From positions 496,001 through 560,000 of IMG/VR virus record IMGVR_UViG_3300046616_000314: 64,000 nt of DNA; one strand, 5' to 3'. The notes below the pieces were generated by a model, which had not been told where the DNA came from, did not search any database, and saw nothing but the letters and a program-made list of their open reading frames with translations. This document shows positions 32,219 through 42,729 of the stretch, one piece after another; the first letter of the stretch is position 1; each line of letters begins with the position of its first letter. The translations under genes and the position numbers were made by a program.

Positions 32219-34216
32219 GTGATTTTGCTCGACACAGTTGCTACCGAAGTTTTTCAAATCCTGAGATCGTATGACTATACGGTTAAGATGTACGACGACG
32301 ACGGCAAGCGCGTAACTGAACCCTCAGAATGCCGCCGTTTTTTCGCTGAACCCGAAGGTCCCATGGTTGCCATGAACGACGAAGGCGACAACAACAAAAT
32401 TCGTTTGATTTTGGGCGAAACTGACATTTCTTCCGTTCGTGGATTGGTCGATACCCTGCGTACCGCAGCCACTAAATACAATATGATTTTTAATATTACA
32501 CGTCGTGGGCACAAGATCACCCCTGCTGATTATGCGACCAAGACATCTGTGAATGAAGACAAGAAAGAAGATAACATGATGATCCTAGAGGGCATGTACG
32601 GTACCACTCGTAGTTCGTACTTAAAGCTAGAGAATGCGCGTATGATCGTGCGCCATTCGAAGAAGATTGACGAAAATGTCATGGGTAGCCGTGGACGTAA
32701 CATCGAACAAATCTTCGTTGAAAATGCTCAAGGTGAGCGTTTCTTGTTCCCCACCGCCAACCTTGCTGGTGGTCGCGCTATGACGCAACATATCAATCAC
32801 GGCGGAACATTCGCCGATCAGGTTGGTAGCCAAATCACTCGCATCGCCAACGATTTCCAAAATCTCGGCACGGCTGCTTCGTACATGGGTCAAAATGCTG
32901 GCGCCCTGGCAGAATCGGTTGGTCCGATCCGCGAAGCTTGTAAGGAACGTCTGCGCGAAATGCGTAAGTGTTTTGAGAAGCTGTCTCGTTCGGGCGGCTA
33001 TCCTGCTGAAGCTCGCAAGCTTGAAGAACAAGCCAATATGTTGAATGAAGGCGACGAATTCGACTTCACACCGCACGTCAAGAGCCTGCGTAATGCTCTG
33101 GTCGTTGAAGGCAAGGAAATTGATGACACAGTTCTGAAGTCGGTTGCGGAAGCGATGAAACATTGCGGTTGCGAGCCGCTGAAGGAAACCGGTAACGAGA
33201 CTGTTAAGGTATTTGGTCGTTTGATCAACAAAGCAGCCTGGGACGAACTGATCTCGGGTCACATTGAATTCATGCAAACTCCGTCGATGCCGTCTGACTC
33301 GCCGGGCTTCACAAATAAGGATTCGGAACTGCGCTTCAAGCTGGGTCTGGTTATCCCTCAAGTTCGTGACGACACACTGATGACCTTCCTTAGCTTCGTT
33401 TCCGATCAACTGGATAATCCTCGCCAAGGCGCCGACTTGAAGAACTATCGTCGCGTCGCCAACGCTGCCCTGAAAGCGGCTGGTATGGACGCTTCTTCGG
33501 AACTGGCTGGCAATGCCCAACCGATCCGCGAATTTAATGAATGGTTGAATTCGTTCGATACCCGCAAGGTTCTCGCCCCGGAAGTTGTTGCCGAAGACGA
33601 AGACGGCGATGCTGCTGCCGAAGTTGAAGACGAAAGCGCGGGCGATGATGATTCCATGATCGCGGAAGACGATGATGAAGAGTTGGATGAAGCGCGTGCT
33701 CGCCCTTTTGCTAAGGGAAAATTTGGACTAGGTGAAGATTGGAATGATCCGACTAGCGATGCTTCGGAACAATATTCTCAAGATTCGGAAGATTACATTG
33801 AAGAACTGATGAACGATTTCTCGGCATCAGACTTCCTAGATTCGGATTATGCCACCAATCTTGATTGGAAGCATGACGAACCAGATAAGACGCAATCCAA
33901 GGAATACATTCTTAGCTGCGTAACTCGTTACCTAGAAGGCAAAGCTCGTGAAGCTGGTTACGATAATCTGAACCTGAAGAACGAAGCCAAGAGCCTCATT
34001 GCTGACGTTATCAACATGATGTCGGAAGCTGGTTACACCCTGGTTGAAGGAAGCCTTGATAAGTCGGACGTTCTATTGCCTACGAACCAAGGCGAAGACC
34101 TGAAGCGCGAAGTCAGTGCTCCAACCGATGAAGACCCTATGACGGGTCGAGAGGTTGCCACAGACGGCGACCAAGTAGACCGCCTACGAACATTGGCGGG
34201 TGTTACTCGAAACTAA
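32219..34216 (+). CDS. Large acidic late protein conserved in jumbo phages, function unknown
   Basis: ATAAATA at 32185, GTG start, 665 aa. Confidence 0.75.
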   Translation: MILLDTVATEVFQILRSYDYTVKMYDDDGKRVTEPSECRRFFAEPEGPMVAMNDEGDNNKIRLILGETDISSVRGLVDTLRTAATKYNMIFNITRRGHKITPADYATKTSVNEDKKEDNMMILEGMYGTTRSSYLKLENARMIVRHSKKIDENVMGSRGRNIEQIFVENAQGERFLFPTANLAGGRAMTQHINHGGTFADQVGSQITRIANDFQNLGTAASYMGQNAGALAESVGPIREACKERLREMRKCFEKLSRSGGYPAEARKLEEQANMLNEGDEFDFTPHVKSLRNALVVEGKEIDDTVLKSVAEAMKHCGCEPLKETGNETVKVFGRLINKAAWDELISGHIEFMQTPSMPSDSPGFTNKDSELRFKLGLVIPQVRDDTLMTFLSFVSDQLDNPRQGADLKNYRRVANAALKAAGMDASSELAGNAQPIREFNEWLNSFDTRKVLAPEVVAEDEDGDAAAEVEDESAGDDDSMIAEDDDEELDEARARPFAKGKFGLGEDWNDPTSDASEQYSQDSEDYIEELMNDFSASDFLDSDYATNLDWKHDEPDKTQSKEYILSCVTRYLEGKAREAGYDNLNLKNEAKSLIADVINMMSEAGYTLVEGSLDKSDVLLPTNQGEDLKREVSAPTDEDPMTGREVATDGDQVDRLRTLAGVTRN

Positions 34217-34219
34217 AAC

Positions 34220-34250
34220 AAAAGAGCCGGGTTTTCCCGGCTCTTTTTTT
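34220..34250 (+). terminator. Rho-independent terminator
   Basis: AAAAGAGCCGGG-TTTT-CCCGGCTCTTTTTTT. Confidence 0.85.
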
Positions 34251-34275
34251 GTTTACGATTAATATTGCAACCGCA

Positions 34276-34386
34276 TTAACCATTCTGATATATTAACCAT
34301 ACTGAGTTGAAGCGGTACCGTTTCTTTCCCCAAATCGAAGCAAAAAACTTCTAAACTTGGTTAAAAAAATATTGCGAATTAACCAT
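34276..34386. promoter_or_regulatory. Cluster of TTAACCAT motifs (CtrA-type half sites)
   Basis: Exact at 34276, 34293, 34379; inverted near-match at 34357. Confidence 0.55.
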
Positions 34387-34521
34387 GTTTTTTGCGATAC
34401 TGAACAAATCGAGAGGGAATTACGACCTTTCGAAAGATAAATAGAAGGTCGAAGAATTACTTCGACAGTTACTTTTAAACTACTTTTATACCTGGCAAAT
34501 TTTAAAAAGGCACATAATATA

Positions 34522-35520
34522 ATGGCAACTCTAGCAGAAATTAAAGCTAAGCTTGAAGCTCAAAAGGCACGTACAGGCGGCAACAATAATAACCAACAAT
34601 CGACTGGCGGCGACAACGCCAGCTATCCTTTCTGGAACATGAACTTCGACCAATCGGCGACTGTTCGTTTCCTCCCCGACGCAGACGAAAGCAACGACTT
34701 TTTCTGGGTCAAGCGCGAAGTCATCAAGCTGCCGTTCGACGGCGTTGAAGGTGGCGACAACCCCTCAAATAAGCCTGTAGAAGTCACTGTTCCTTGCTTG
34801 GATATGTGGCAACCGAATTCCTGCCCGATCATCCAACACACTAAGTCGTGGTGGAAGACCGACAAGGAAGAGATCGCACGTCGTTACTGGAAGAAGAAGT
34901 CCTATATCTTCCAAGGTTTCGTGATCAACTCGCCGTTTGAAGAACAAACCCTTCCCGAGAATCCTATTCGTCGCTTCATGATCAATGCCTCGATTTACGA
35001 GATCATTGAAAAGTCGCTGCTGAATCCTGAAATGGAAGACATGCCGACCGACTTCACTGGTGGTCGTGACTTCAAGATTCAAAAGACCAAGAAGGGCGAA
35101 TACGCCAACTACGGTACGTCGCAATGGTCCATGCGTACTCGCGCTCTGAACGAGCAAGAGTTGATCGCCATCGACCAACACAAGCTGTACGATCTGAAGG
35201 AATATCAGGGCAAGCGTCCTGATGCAGACGGCATCGAAGCTATCAAGGCGATGTTCTTGGATAGCTTGGACGGCAAGCCTTTCGATATGGAAAGCTACGG
35301 TAAGTATTACCGTCCGTACGGCACTCGTTTCGACAACGGCAACGCCCAAACCACTTCGGCTCCGAAGACCCAATCGACTGGTTTCACCGCCCCGGCGGCT
35401 GCTAAGGCAGAAGACACCACCGTTGGTGCTGCTGAAGCTTCGGCTCCTGCGACCGAAGAAAAGAAGAACACTGACGATATCATTGCGCGCATCATGGCTC
35501 GCAAGGCTGCCGCTCAGTAA
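34522..35520 (+). CDS. Single-stranded DNA-binding protein (T4 gp32-like)
   Basis: ATVRFLPD, PC...CPI, KKKSYIFQG, GRDFKIQKTKKGEYANY. Confidence 0.85.
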   Translation: MATLAEIKAKLEAQKARTGGNNNNQQSTGGDNASYPFWNMNFDQSATVRFLPDADESNDFFWVKREVIKLPFDGVEGGDNPSNKPVEVTVPCLDMWQPNSCPIIQHTKSWWKTDKEEIARRYWKKKSYIFQGFVINSPFEEQTLPENPIRRFMINASIYEIIEKSLLNPEMEDMPTDFTGGRDFKIQKTKKGEYANYGTSQWSMRTRALNEQELIAIDQHKLYDLKEYQGKRPDADGIEAIKAMFLDSLDGKPFDMESYGKYYRPYGTRFDNGNAQTTSAPKTQSTGFTAPAAAKAEDTTVGAAEASAPATEEKKNTDDIIARIMARKAAAQ

Positions 35521-35602
35521 TTTTTTCTGAACACAACTTTGTGCCGTGGGAGACTAACCGCGCTTCCACGGCATATTTTTTCCTTCATTTTATAGGCAAT
35601 GA

Positions 35603-36709
35603 ATGACAAGACCAATTGACATGACTAAATTTCGGAAAAAGGTCGATAAGTCCATTCCGAATATTTCTCAAGGCTTCAACGACCCGCGCACTTGGTTGAG
35701 CACCGGTTGTTATGCCCTGAACTATCTAATTTGTGATCGCTTCGACGGTGGTATTCCGCTTGAAGGCAAGTTCACAATGTTCGCAGGCGACTCCGGTTCG
35801 GGTAAGTCGTATATCGCTTCGGCAAACATCGTTAAGGATTGTCAAGACAAGGGCGTTTACGTTCTGATCGTTGACACCGAAAACGCCCTGGACGAATCCT
35901 GGCTGCATGACTTGGGCGTTGACACGTCCGAAGACAAAATGTGGAAGATTTCTGGCGCCACCGTCGATGACGTAGCTCAATTACTGGGCGAATTCATGGA
36001 CCAGTATCGCGAAGAAAACCAAGCCAAGAAGTATGAAGATCGCGCCAAGGTGATGATCATCATCGACTCGCTTGGTATGCTGATCACGCCGAACCAAGAA
36101 CGACAGTTCATGGAAGGCGACATGAAGGGCGACATGGGTCTGAAGGCTAAGCAGATCACCGCTCTGCTGCGCGTGACCATGGCTAAGATCGCTTCGCAAC
36201 CCATCGGTCTGATTGCAACCAACCACGTTTATGACAGCCAAGATCAATACAAGCCGGATACTATTCCGGGTGGTAAGATGTTGGAATTCGCTTCGTCGGT
36301 TATCATTCAGATGAACAAGTATCTTCTGAAGGAAGACGAAGACGGCACAAAGCTGGTTGGTGGTGCTGTTGCTGGTATTCGTTCGACAGCGGTGGTTCGT
36401 AAGAGCCGTTATGCTAAGCCGTTCGAAAAGGTTTATCTGAACATCCCTTATGACAAGGGAATGGACCCCTATTCGGGTCTGTTCGATTTGTTCGAAAAGA
36501 AGGGTCTCGTTGTCAAAGACGGTATGCGTTACGTTTATACTTCTCCGGTAACTGGTGAAGTTCTGAAGGATTATCGTAAGCGTTTCAAGGCTAATGGTTG
36601 GCTTGATCAAATCATGTCCGAACAAGAAGCTTGGGATCAACCCGCTGTTCAAGAAGGCTTCGACCTTACTGAAACAGCGAATGTCACCGATATTACTGAA
36701 GTAGAATAA
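35603..36709 (+). CDS. uvsX: UvsX RecA-like recombinase
   Basis: WLSTGCYALN, AGDSGSGKS, VDTENALD, IIDSLG, ATNHVY, PGG. Confidence 0.92.
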   Translation: MTRPIDMTKFRKKVDKSIPNISQGFNDPRTWLSTGCYALNYLICDRFDGGIPLEGKFTMFAGDSGSGKSYIASANIVKDCQDKGVYVLIVDTENALDESWLHDLGVDTSEDKMWKISGATVDDVAQLLGEFMDQYREENQAKKYEDRAKVMIIIDSLGMLITPNQERQFMEGDMKGDMGLKAKQITALLRVTMAKIASQPIGLIATNHVYDSQDQYKPDTIPGGKMLEFASSVIIQMNKYLLKEDEDGTKLVGGAVAGIRSTAVVRKSRYAKPFEKVYLNIPYDKGMDPYSGLFDLFEKKGLVVKDGMRYVYTSPVTGEVLKDYRKRFKANGWLDQIMSEQEAWDQPAVQEGFDLTETANVTDITEVE

Positions 36710-36773
36710 CTAGTTAACCCCCGGTGCGGATTTTGATCCATGGGGCGTAAATTCCGTGGAGTGTATACAGTAA

Positions 36774-37004
36774 ATGAAACATGAATGTCAGTTGATTGCG
36801 GAAGTATGGGATTTGTTCAGAGAGCATATTTCTACTTCTCGCAAGCTTGAAACAGCTATTGCTTTTCTTAAAATTTATGAAGAACATGGCGTAGAAAAAC
36901 GAGACCTTCTCGACTTAGTTGAAGAAGACCCCTACCTAGCCCGTGCATTCGATGATTTGTACGGCGAGGAAGAAGAAGACGAAGAAGAAGACTACGAATA
37001 CTAG
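36774..37004 (+). CDS. Hypothetical acidic-tail protein between uvsX and uvsY
   Basis: 76 aa with acidic C-terminus. Confidence 0.7.
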   Translation: MKHECQLIAEVWDLFREHISTSRKLETAIAFLKIYEEHGVEKRDLLDLVEEDPYLARAFDDLYGEEEEDEEEDYEY

Positions 37005-37012
37005 GATAGACA

Positions 37013-37492
37013 ATGGCAAGAAAATATTATTCAAAAATCGTTCAGAATCCAGATGATTATTCACACGTTGCTGACGCTCTTGAATATTTCGATGCCGAAC
37101 TAGACAAAGCTTCGGCTGAGTTGAACCCCCACGGAAGAATCGAGGAAATCGCTCGATCTCTTCCGGGGATTGTCGAATTCCGGTTCGGACAGCTTCAGGA
37201 AATTGAAGCCATCATGAACTATCTAGAGCGTAAGGAAGACAAGGTAAAAGGCGACATCAAGCGTAATTACCTTGAAAACTACAATCGTGCTATTTCTGAA
37301 CGTCTTGCGGACCAGTATGCGAGCATCGAAAAGGAAGTGCTGAACATTCGGCAAATCCGAGAAGAAGTTTCTCTGGTTCGTAATAAATTTTTGGCGATCT
37401 CAAAGGGTTTGGAATATCTTCATTTCCAAATCACCAACATCGTCAAGCTTCGGGTCGCTGGTATCGAAGATGCTGAACTAACCCGACGCTAA
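37013..37492 (+). CDS. uvsY: UvsY recombination mediator
   Basis: Helical; KGLEYLHFQITNIVKLRVAGIED C-terminus; synteny with uvsX. Confidence 0.8.
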   Translation: MARKYYSKIVQNPDDYSHVADALEYFDAELDKASAELNPHGRIEEIARSLPGIVEFRFGQLQEIEAIMNYLERKEDKVKGDIKRNYLENYNRAISERLADQYASIEKEVLNIRQIREEVSLVRNKFLAISKGLEYLHFQITNIVKLRVAGIEDAELTRR

Positions 37493-37968
37493 ACCAGCAC
37501 CGTATAAAATACCGCGCTATTGATAACCTTGAGTAGGGTAATATCCCTCTCAAGGTTTTCTGTTTCTGCCTCATCGAATTCATATCCGAAAAAGCTGTAG
37601 GTGTGGGGCGTTCTGCTACCGTTGGAAAATATGTCAACCGCGTATTTGCGTTGCCATTTGAAATACATTCCACTTCTGTCTTTCGACAAAAAGAACTTAA
37701 TTTCCCAATCATCGCCTCTTAGGAGATAATTGGAGGCATGTCGCGGTGTGTTTTCGGTTCTAAACCACGAATCTCGCGCTCGAATGATTACGCCTTTGAA
37801 GTCGTATACCATTTCGAGATTTTCAAATGTGCCATTTTCCTTAACGAATTTCCATAGTGACAACATTGCCACGGCATCCCAGTGGGCAATCTGGGTACGC
37901 AGAGAAATCGGATCGGGTGCCACAACATTCATAGGTAATTGAAATAACATAAGTATAAATATTAGCAA
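37489..37968 (-). CDS. Hypothetical protein
   Basis: 159-aa ORF convergent with uvsY. Confidence 0.5.
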   Translation of the reverse strand: MLIFILMLFQLPMNVVAPDPISLRTQIAHWDAVAMLSLWKFVKENGTFENLEMVYDFKGVIIRARDSWFRTENTPRHASNYLLRGDDWEIKFFLSKDRSGMYFKWQRKYAVDIFSNGSRTPHTYSFFGYEFDEAETENLERDITLLKVINSAVFYTVLV

Positions 37969-37987
37969 CCTTTATTATGTGGTTTTC

Positions 37988-39316
37988 ATGTCCGATATCA
38001 AACAATTCAAATTGGCGGGGCTATCGGGCAATGTGCAACTCGGTAAGAGTGGACCGCGCCTAAAAATCAACGGGACAGCCGTTGAAGTCCGCACGTCGGA
38101 TGATACCTCCCTGGCAGTGCTGCGCGGTGCTCAAGGCTCTGGTTCTAACGATCTGGTCAACCTTACACAATTAAACAACGGGCTTGCAAACGCCGTCAAT
38201 CTTTCCGCTTCGGCTGCATATGCCAACGCGACATTTTCAACGATCACCTATACCGACACCAAGGCTTCAGCCGCATATGTAAACGCCGCGCTTTCATTAG
38301 CTGCATCAATTACATACGTTGATACGAAAGCTTCGGCGGTATATTCGAACGCCACGTTTGCAACATACACGTATGCCAATACTAAAGCAGATGCAACATA
38401 TGCCAATGCAACCTTTGCATCCGGTTCATATGCCAACGCTACATTTGCTCCATTGTCCTTGGTCAATACCAAAGCTGACGCCACTTATACCAATGCTGCG
38501 TTAGCAAATGCTGCCACTATCACGTACGCCGATACTAAAGCATCAGCGGCTTATGCCAACGCTACTTTCTCAACGATCACTTATGCAGATACTAAGGCTT
38601 CCGCCGCATATGCTAACGCTACCTTTGCTACACAATCCATTGTAAATACCAAAGCCGATGCGGCGTATACCAATGCCGCGCTAGTAAATGCTGCGACCAT
38701 CACTTATGCAGACACGAAAGCTTCCGCTGCATACGCGAATGCCACTTTTGCATCAGCAACATTTGCGAACGCGACGTTTGCAACGATGTCATTCACCAAT
38801 GCCTCCATCCTGGCTGCTGCGTACACCGCAGGACCCGGTTTGTCTCTTACTGGACGTGCGTTCTCTGCGAACACGACAGGGGTCTCTACGGGGCTTGTGG
38901 CTAACAATATCGCGGTACGTTCAACCGCGACCAATGGTCAAATTTTGCGTTCGATTGGAACGGCGGGAAGTGAGGCGACTTGGGGCGCCCTCGATCTTAC
39001 CAATGCGAACAGTGTTACCGGTGCATTGCCGGTCACAAACGGCGGCACGGGCGCCACCACGGCTGCTGCGTCACGCGCGGCTCTCGTAACACCAAGTTTT
39101 TATAGAGCAAGCTTTACCAGTGCTAACGTGTCTAATGGGTCTTATGTCATCGCGCATAATCTTGGACAACAGTTTGTAGCTATTACTTTGGTCGATAACA
39201 CCAATAGTGTAGTAATGCCAGATAACATAGTAATGACTAATGCAACAGCTTCGACAATGGATTTGACTTCTTTTGGCGCGTTATCGGGAACGTGGCAAGT
39301 TATTGTATTAGGGTGA
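37988..39316 (+). CDS. Virion fibre protein with tandem YADTKASAAYANATF repeats
   Basis: About ten imperfect repeats; GALPVTNGGTGAT fibre motif; TATAAATA at 37954. Confidence 0.8.
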   Translation: MSDIKQFKLAGLSGNVQLGKSGPRLKINGTAVEVRTSDDTSLAVLRGAQGSGSNDLVNLTQLNNGLANAVNLSASAAYANATFSTITYTDTKASAAYVNAALSLAASITYVDTKASAVYSNATFATYTYANTKADATYANATFASGSYANATFAPLSLVNTKADATYTNAALANAATITYADTKASAAYANATFSTITYADTKASAAYANATFATQSIVNTKADAAYTNAALVNAATITYADTKASAAYANATFASATFANATFATMSFTNASILAAAYTAGPGLSLTGRAFSANTTGVSTGLVANNIAVRSTATNGQILRSIGTAGSEATWGALDLTNANSVTGALPVTNGGTGATTAAASRAALVTPSFYRASFTSANVSNGSYVIAHNLGQQFVAITLVDNTNSVVMPDNIVMTNATASTMDLTSFGALSGTWQVIVLG

Positions 39317-39319
39317 TAA

Positions 39320-39967
39320 ATGCGCTTCGGTAAAATTGATCAACAGACATCGAACAGTACGGTAAGCTATTTTCAGTTAGCTACGGGTCCTACGTCTGCA
39401 CGTCCAAGTCCTGCGACCAATGGGCAGATTCGTTATAATTCAACAAACAGTCGTGCAGAATACTATGCCAACACTGGTTGGAATAATGCTCCCATGTTTG
39501 GCAACACAACCATTTCTGTTCAAAATCTGACGTTACCGGATGCATCCCCGACCGGAAACATGATTTATTGGAGAGACCCGGCTACCTACAATAAAACGCT
39601 ATCTGTAATGATGCTGAATTACCGTTTCTCGGTGGCGACTGCTTATAAAGACACATGGTTGCAGGTCGATCCTTCGATTACGGGTTCTAATGTTGGATAC
39701 GTAGTGCCGACCGCCGCGACACTAACGTTTATGACTGGCTTTACGGATAACGCCTCCAATAAATCAATCTCGTTGTATGTGGATGACACCGAATACACTA
39801 ACAGAATGATTTTCACGTCCAGCGGTGACATTACGGACCAAGCGGTAAGTTCGCCGATCAATATTGATATCGCCGCCGGGCAAAAAATTCGCTTACGTGT
39901 TCGATCCGGTAGCGTTTTGAGCTTAGGATCGATAGTTTGTATCCTTTATTTCATGTTGAGAAAATAA
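39320..39967 (+). CDS. Virion structural protein, fibre-associated
   Basis: GPTSARPSPATNGQIRYNSTNSRAEYY motif; late operon. Confidence 0.7.
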   Translation: MRFGKIDQQTSNSTVSYFQLATGPTSARPSPATNGQIRYNSTNSRAEYYANTGWNNAPMFGNTTISVQNLTLPDASPTGNMIYWRDPATYNKTLSVMMLNYRFSVATAYKDTWLQVDPSITGSNVGYVVPTAATLTFMTGFTDNASNKSISLYVDDTEYTNRMIFTSSGDITDQAVSSPINIDIAAGQKIRLRVRSGSVLSLGSIVCILYFMLRK

Positions 39968-39968
39968 A

Positions 39969-40748
39969 ATGCCATCAATTTATAATCCTTCTACTACAGT
40001 AGATATTGAGATCGATGATTTGGGTATTACCATTCATGCTCAACAAATTTTTGATATTACCTACATTCGTCGTCTCACAGTTGTAAATTCTGAGGGATTG
40101 CGTGCTGCAATCACTTCTGGTGATCTAGCATTTGTTTTGTCGGACATTGATAACGTCGTTACGACTTATAGCGTAGCAGATGGTCTAGAAATTATTGACC
40201 ATGGTGTTTCGGGAACGGACGTTGGTATCAACAAGCCGACTCGTCCTGGCATTGTTGAAGGTAATTTCTATGGTCCTTCCACTGACGCGGCTTTGATCAA
40301 TGATGTCGTTCCAGCCGATCATTTGAATGCCATTCCCGTAAACTACATGAATGAAACATTCAATAGAATTGGAATTTGCGTAACGACTGCTGTTGCAAAC
40401 ACCTTTGTTAGACTTGGTGTGTACGGCAACAATAATGGCGCCCCTGGCGAACTTTTGCTCGATGCTGGTGTTGTCCCGTGTGACACCGCTGGAAACAAAG
40501 AAATCGTTATTGATTTCACTACTCCCAACGATTGGATTTTCGTGTCAACGCATACGAGCGGCGATGTCGAATGTAAATCTGTAACCGGTGTTGTCAGCGT
40601 CTTTGGTAATATCGAAGGTGACATTGAAAATGTTGTTCGCCATCTTCATACCGATTTGACCTACGACGGAAGTGGTCTTCCCGAAGAATTTCCTGCTTAC
40701 ACTGTATCCAGTAACTATCCACCTTTTGTTTGGTTTAGAAAACTCTAA
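39969..40748 (+). CDS. Virion structural protein
   Basis: VRLGVY....APGELLLDAG jelly-roll-like segment. Confidence 0.65.
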   Translation: MPSIYNPSTTVDIEIDDLGITIHAQQIFDITYIRRLTVVNSEGLRAAITSGDLAFVLSDIDNVVTTYSVADGLEIIDHGVSGTDVGINKPTRPGIVEGNFYGPSTDAALINDVVPADHLNAIPVNYMNETFNRIGICVTTAVANTFVRLGVYGNNNGAPGELLLDAGVVPCDTAGNKEIVIDFTTPNDWIFVSTHTSGDVECKSVTGVVSVFGNIEGDIENVVRHLHTDLTYDGSGLPEEFPAYTVSSNYPPFVWFRKL

Positions 40749-41206
40749 TGGCAACACGTAATGAAACTTACGATAGCAATGGTAATTTGCTGTCGGTTGT
40801 AGATACTCGTTCGATTGAACAAGTAAAAGAAGTAAAGCGTCAAGAGATCAACGCATATCGCGAGGTCAAGCTTGATTCTGGATTGTGGTATCTTGGATAC
40901 AACTGGGATACCGATGAGCGTAGTCGCGCCAACATCACAGGCATGACGGCTGGTATGGCATCTGGTATTCCGTTGCCAGCCGGTCTCACATGGCGTGATA
41001 GTAATAACAACAATGTGCCGTTTAATCAGACTAAGCTAGTAACGTTGGCTGGATATATTTTGTTATATGTCAATCAAGTCTACGGCGCTAGTTGGGCAAT
41101 GAAATCGGTACTTGAGAATATGGAAACGCTTGAAGAATTAGACGCCTTTGATGTTCGCACGCAATCATGGCCCGATGGCGATATGGATGGCTCGCGCCCC
41201 GATTAA
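40748..41206 (+). CDS. DUF4376-like fibre-associated protein
   Basis: KRQEINAYRE, WDTDERSRANI, WRDSNN. Confidence 0.7.
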   Translation: MATRNETYDSNGNLLSVVDTRSIEQVKEVKRQEINAYREVKLDSGLWYLGYNWDTDERSRANITGMTAGMASGIPLPAGLTWRDSNNNNVPFNQTKLVTLAGYILLYVNQVYGASWAMKSVLENMETLEELDAFDVRTQSWPDGDMDGSRPD

Positions 41207-41643
41207 ATATTTTTGGCGGTAGACCGGAGCATCCAACGATGCTTTTGGTGAGCTTCGATACGATCACCTAGCAAATTTACGATGCCTTGTTCATTCATTT
41301 CGTCAGCGATATGAAGGGCTTCCGTCATCAAATCCACTATGATTTCGTGCGACGCCATCAGATGCACAAGCATTGCATCTGCGTCGATAGGCGACATGCC
41401 AAGTTCTTCAACTCGGCTCAATTCTAAGAAACGAGCCATACTGGCTGGTGCGTAAGCATCTAGCGTGCGAATGCTTTCGGCAATTTTATCATTTGCTTCC
41501 CACATTTCGGTGTATTGATCTTCCAACATTTTATGAAGTTGATAAAAATCTCGACCTTCCACGTTCCAATGCGCCCCGTGGGTCATCAGATAAAGGGAAA
41601 ATGACGTTCCTAGAACGGCGCGCATGGCTTCAATTAGATTCAT
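41203..41643 (-). CDS. dps: Dps-family ferritin-like protein
   Basis: HWNVEG.DFYQLHKMLEDQY...DKIAESIR ferroxidase signature; HQKHRWML. Confidence 0.9.
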   Translation of the reverse strand: MNLIEAMRAVLGTSFSLYLMTHGAHWNVEGRDFYQLHKMLEDQYTEMWEANDKIAESIRTLDAYAPASMARFLELSRVEELGMSPIDADAMLVHLMASHEIIVDLMTEALHIADEMNEQGIVNLLGDRIEAHQKHRWMLRSTAKNI

Positions 41644-41741
41644 AACGATCTCCTGTTGGGGATATTTATCAGTATATAAAAGTAGTTGACGGATTTTGGT
41701 GGCGTGTTATATACGTAACTGAAGTCAAGCGGAGACTAATT

Positions 41742-42056
41742 ATGGCGAAGCATCACGAACTGACGAATTCGAAAGACGGGCTGCTTCGTCTCACCGCGAA
41801 AATCGAAATTCGTCTGACCTTGCAAGACATCGCCACCGCTGTTGTGGCGTCGAAAGGTTTCAATTTCGATGAGGAAGAGGGTCGTGATGAAATCATCGCG
41901 AAACTCGTTCCGTCGCGTCGCCGCGCCGTAGAGATTGCTACGGACGCCAGCACTTACCACGGTCGCGAAAACTGGTGGGAACGTGTGACTAGTTACGACG
42001 ATGGCGAAGAAATGGTTGAAGCTGTTCTTCGTCATCTGGAAAAACTCTGGGCGTAA
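41742..42056 (+). CDS. Hypothetical protein
   Basis: GGAG RBS; TTGACG promoter upstream. Confidence 0.75.
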   Translation: MAKHHELTNSKDGLLRLTAKIEIRLTLQDIATAVVASKGFNFDEEEGRDEIIAKLVPSRRRAVEIATDASTYHGRENWWERVTSYDDGEEMVEAVLRHLEKLWA

Positions 42057-42063
42057 TTACCGC

Positions 42064-42091
42064 TTGACAGTCTCGTTATTTGGTATATCTT
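42064..42091 (+). promoter_or_regulatory. Sigma70-like promoter
   Basis: TTGACA-N16-TATCTT. Confidence 0.65.
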
Positions 42092-42120
42092 ACATACATA
42101 GCAACCACGGAGATTTATTA

Positions 42121-42570
42121 ATGGCTACCCGCACTCGTAAGGCTCCCCGCACCATCCAGCACACCGTTCTGAGCGACTTCGGTCGCGCCCGCCGGGATGA
42201 ACCCCACTTCCTCGTCTACAAGCACAAGATTTACGTCGAGAAGGAACGGGTCAACGCCGATCAAGTCCATGCGTGGCTGCAACTGCGCTATGCCGAATCC
42301 GCCAGCGGACACCGCTACCGCGTGGTCGAATACATCCACGTCAACGGCAAGCGGTACGTGGACTACATTTTCATGGAAACCTGCACCGATGACGATCTGG
42401 CGTTCATGAAGCTGAAGTGGGGCTGGTCGCTGGACAAGGTGAAGCGCGGCGCCCGCGTTCCCCGTCGTCGCCTGTCGAAGGCGTACAAGACCCAACTGGA
42501 CGACGAAATCGCCCAACTGCGCGAGCGGTACTATGCCGCCCAAGCCCTGGAACGTGGCGAAGCGGCGTGA
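42121..42570 (+). CDS. LKW-family protein
   Basis: GGAG RBS, start 42121; WLQLRY...DDDLAFMKLKWGW. Confidence 0.75.
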   Translation: MATRTRKAPRTIQHTVLSDFGRARRDEPHFLVYKHKIYVEKERVNADQVHAWLQLRYAESASGHRYRVVEYIHVNGKRYVDYIFMETCTDDDLAFMKLKWGWSLDKVKRGARVPRRRLSKAYKTQLDDEIAQLRERYYAAQALERGEAA

Positions 42571-42729
42571 TCGGACGACGCCTCACGTGGGACCGCCCTA
42601 GGCGGTCCCGTCATGCGCGCCTTCAGGCTTTGACGGCGAGCATGATGATCCTCGGTGTTTCGCGCGAAGACGCTGAACGCCTCGCTCTCGCTGAAATCAC
42701 CAAGTACGACTTGGTTTAAGGATAAAATC

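Noticed and set aside
27263-36709. Introns or inteins in terminase, SSB or UvsX
   Set aside because: Lengths are normal and no splicing or homing-endonuclease motifs are present.
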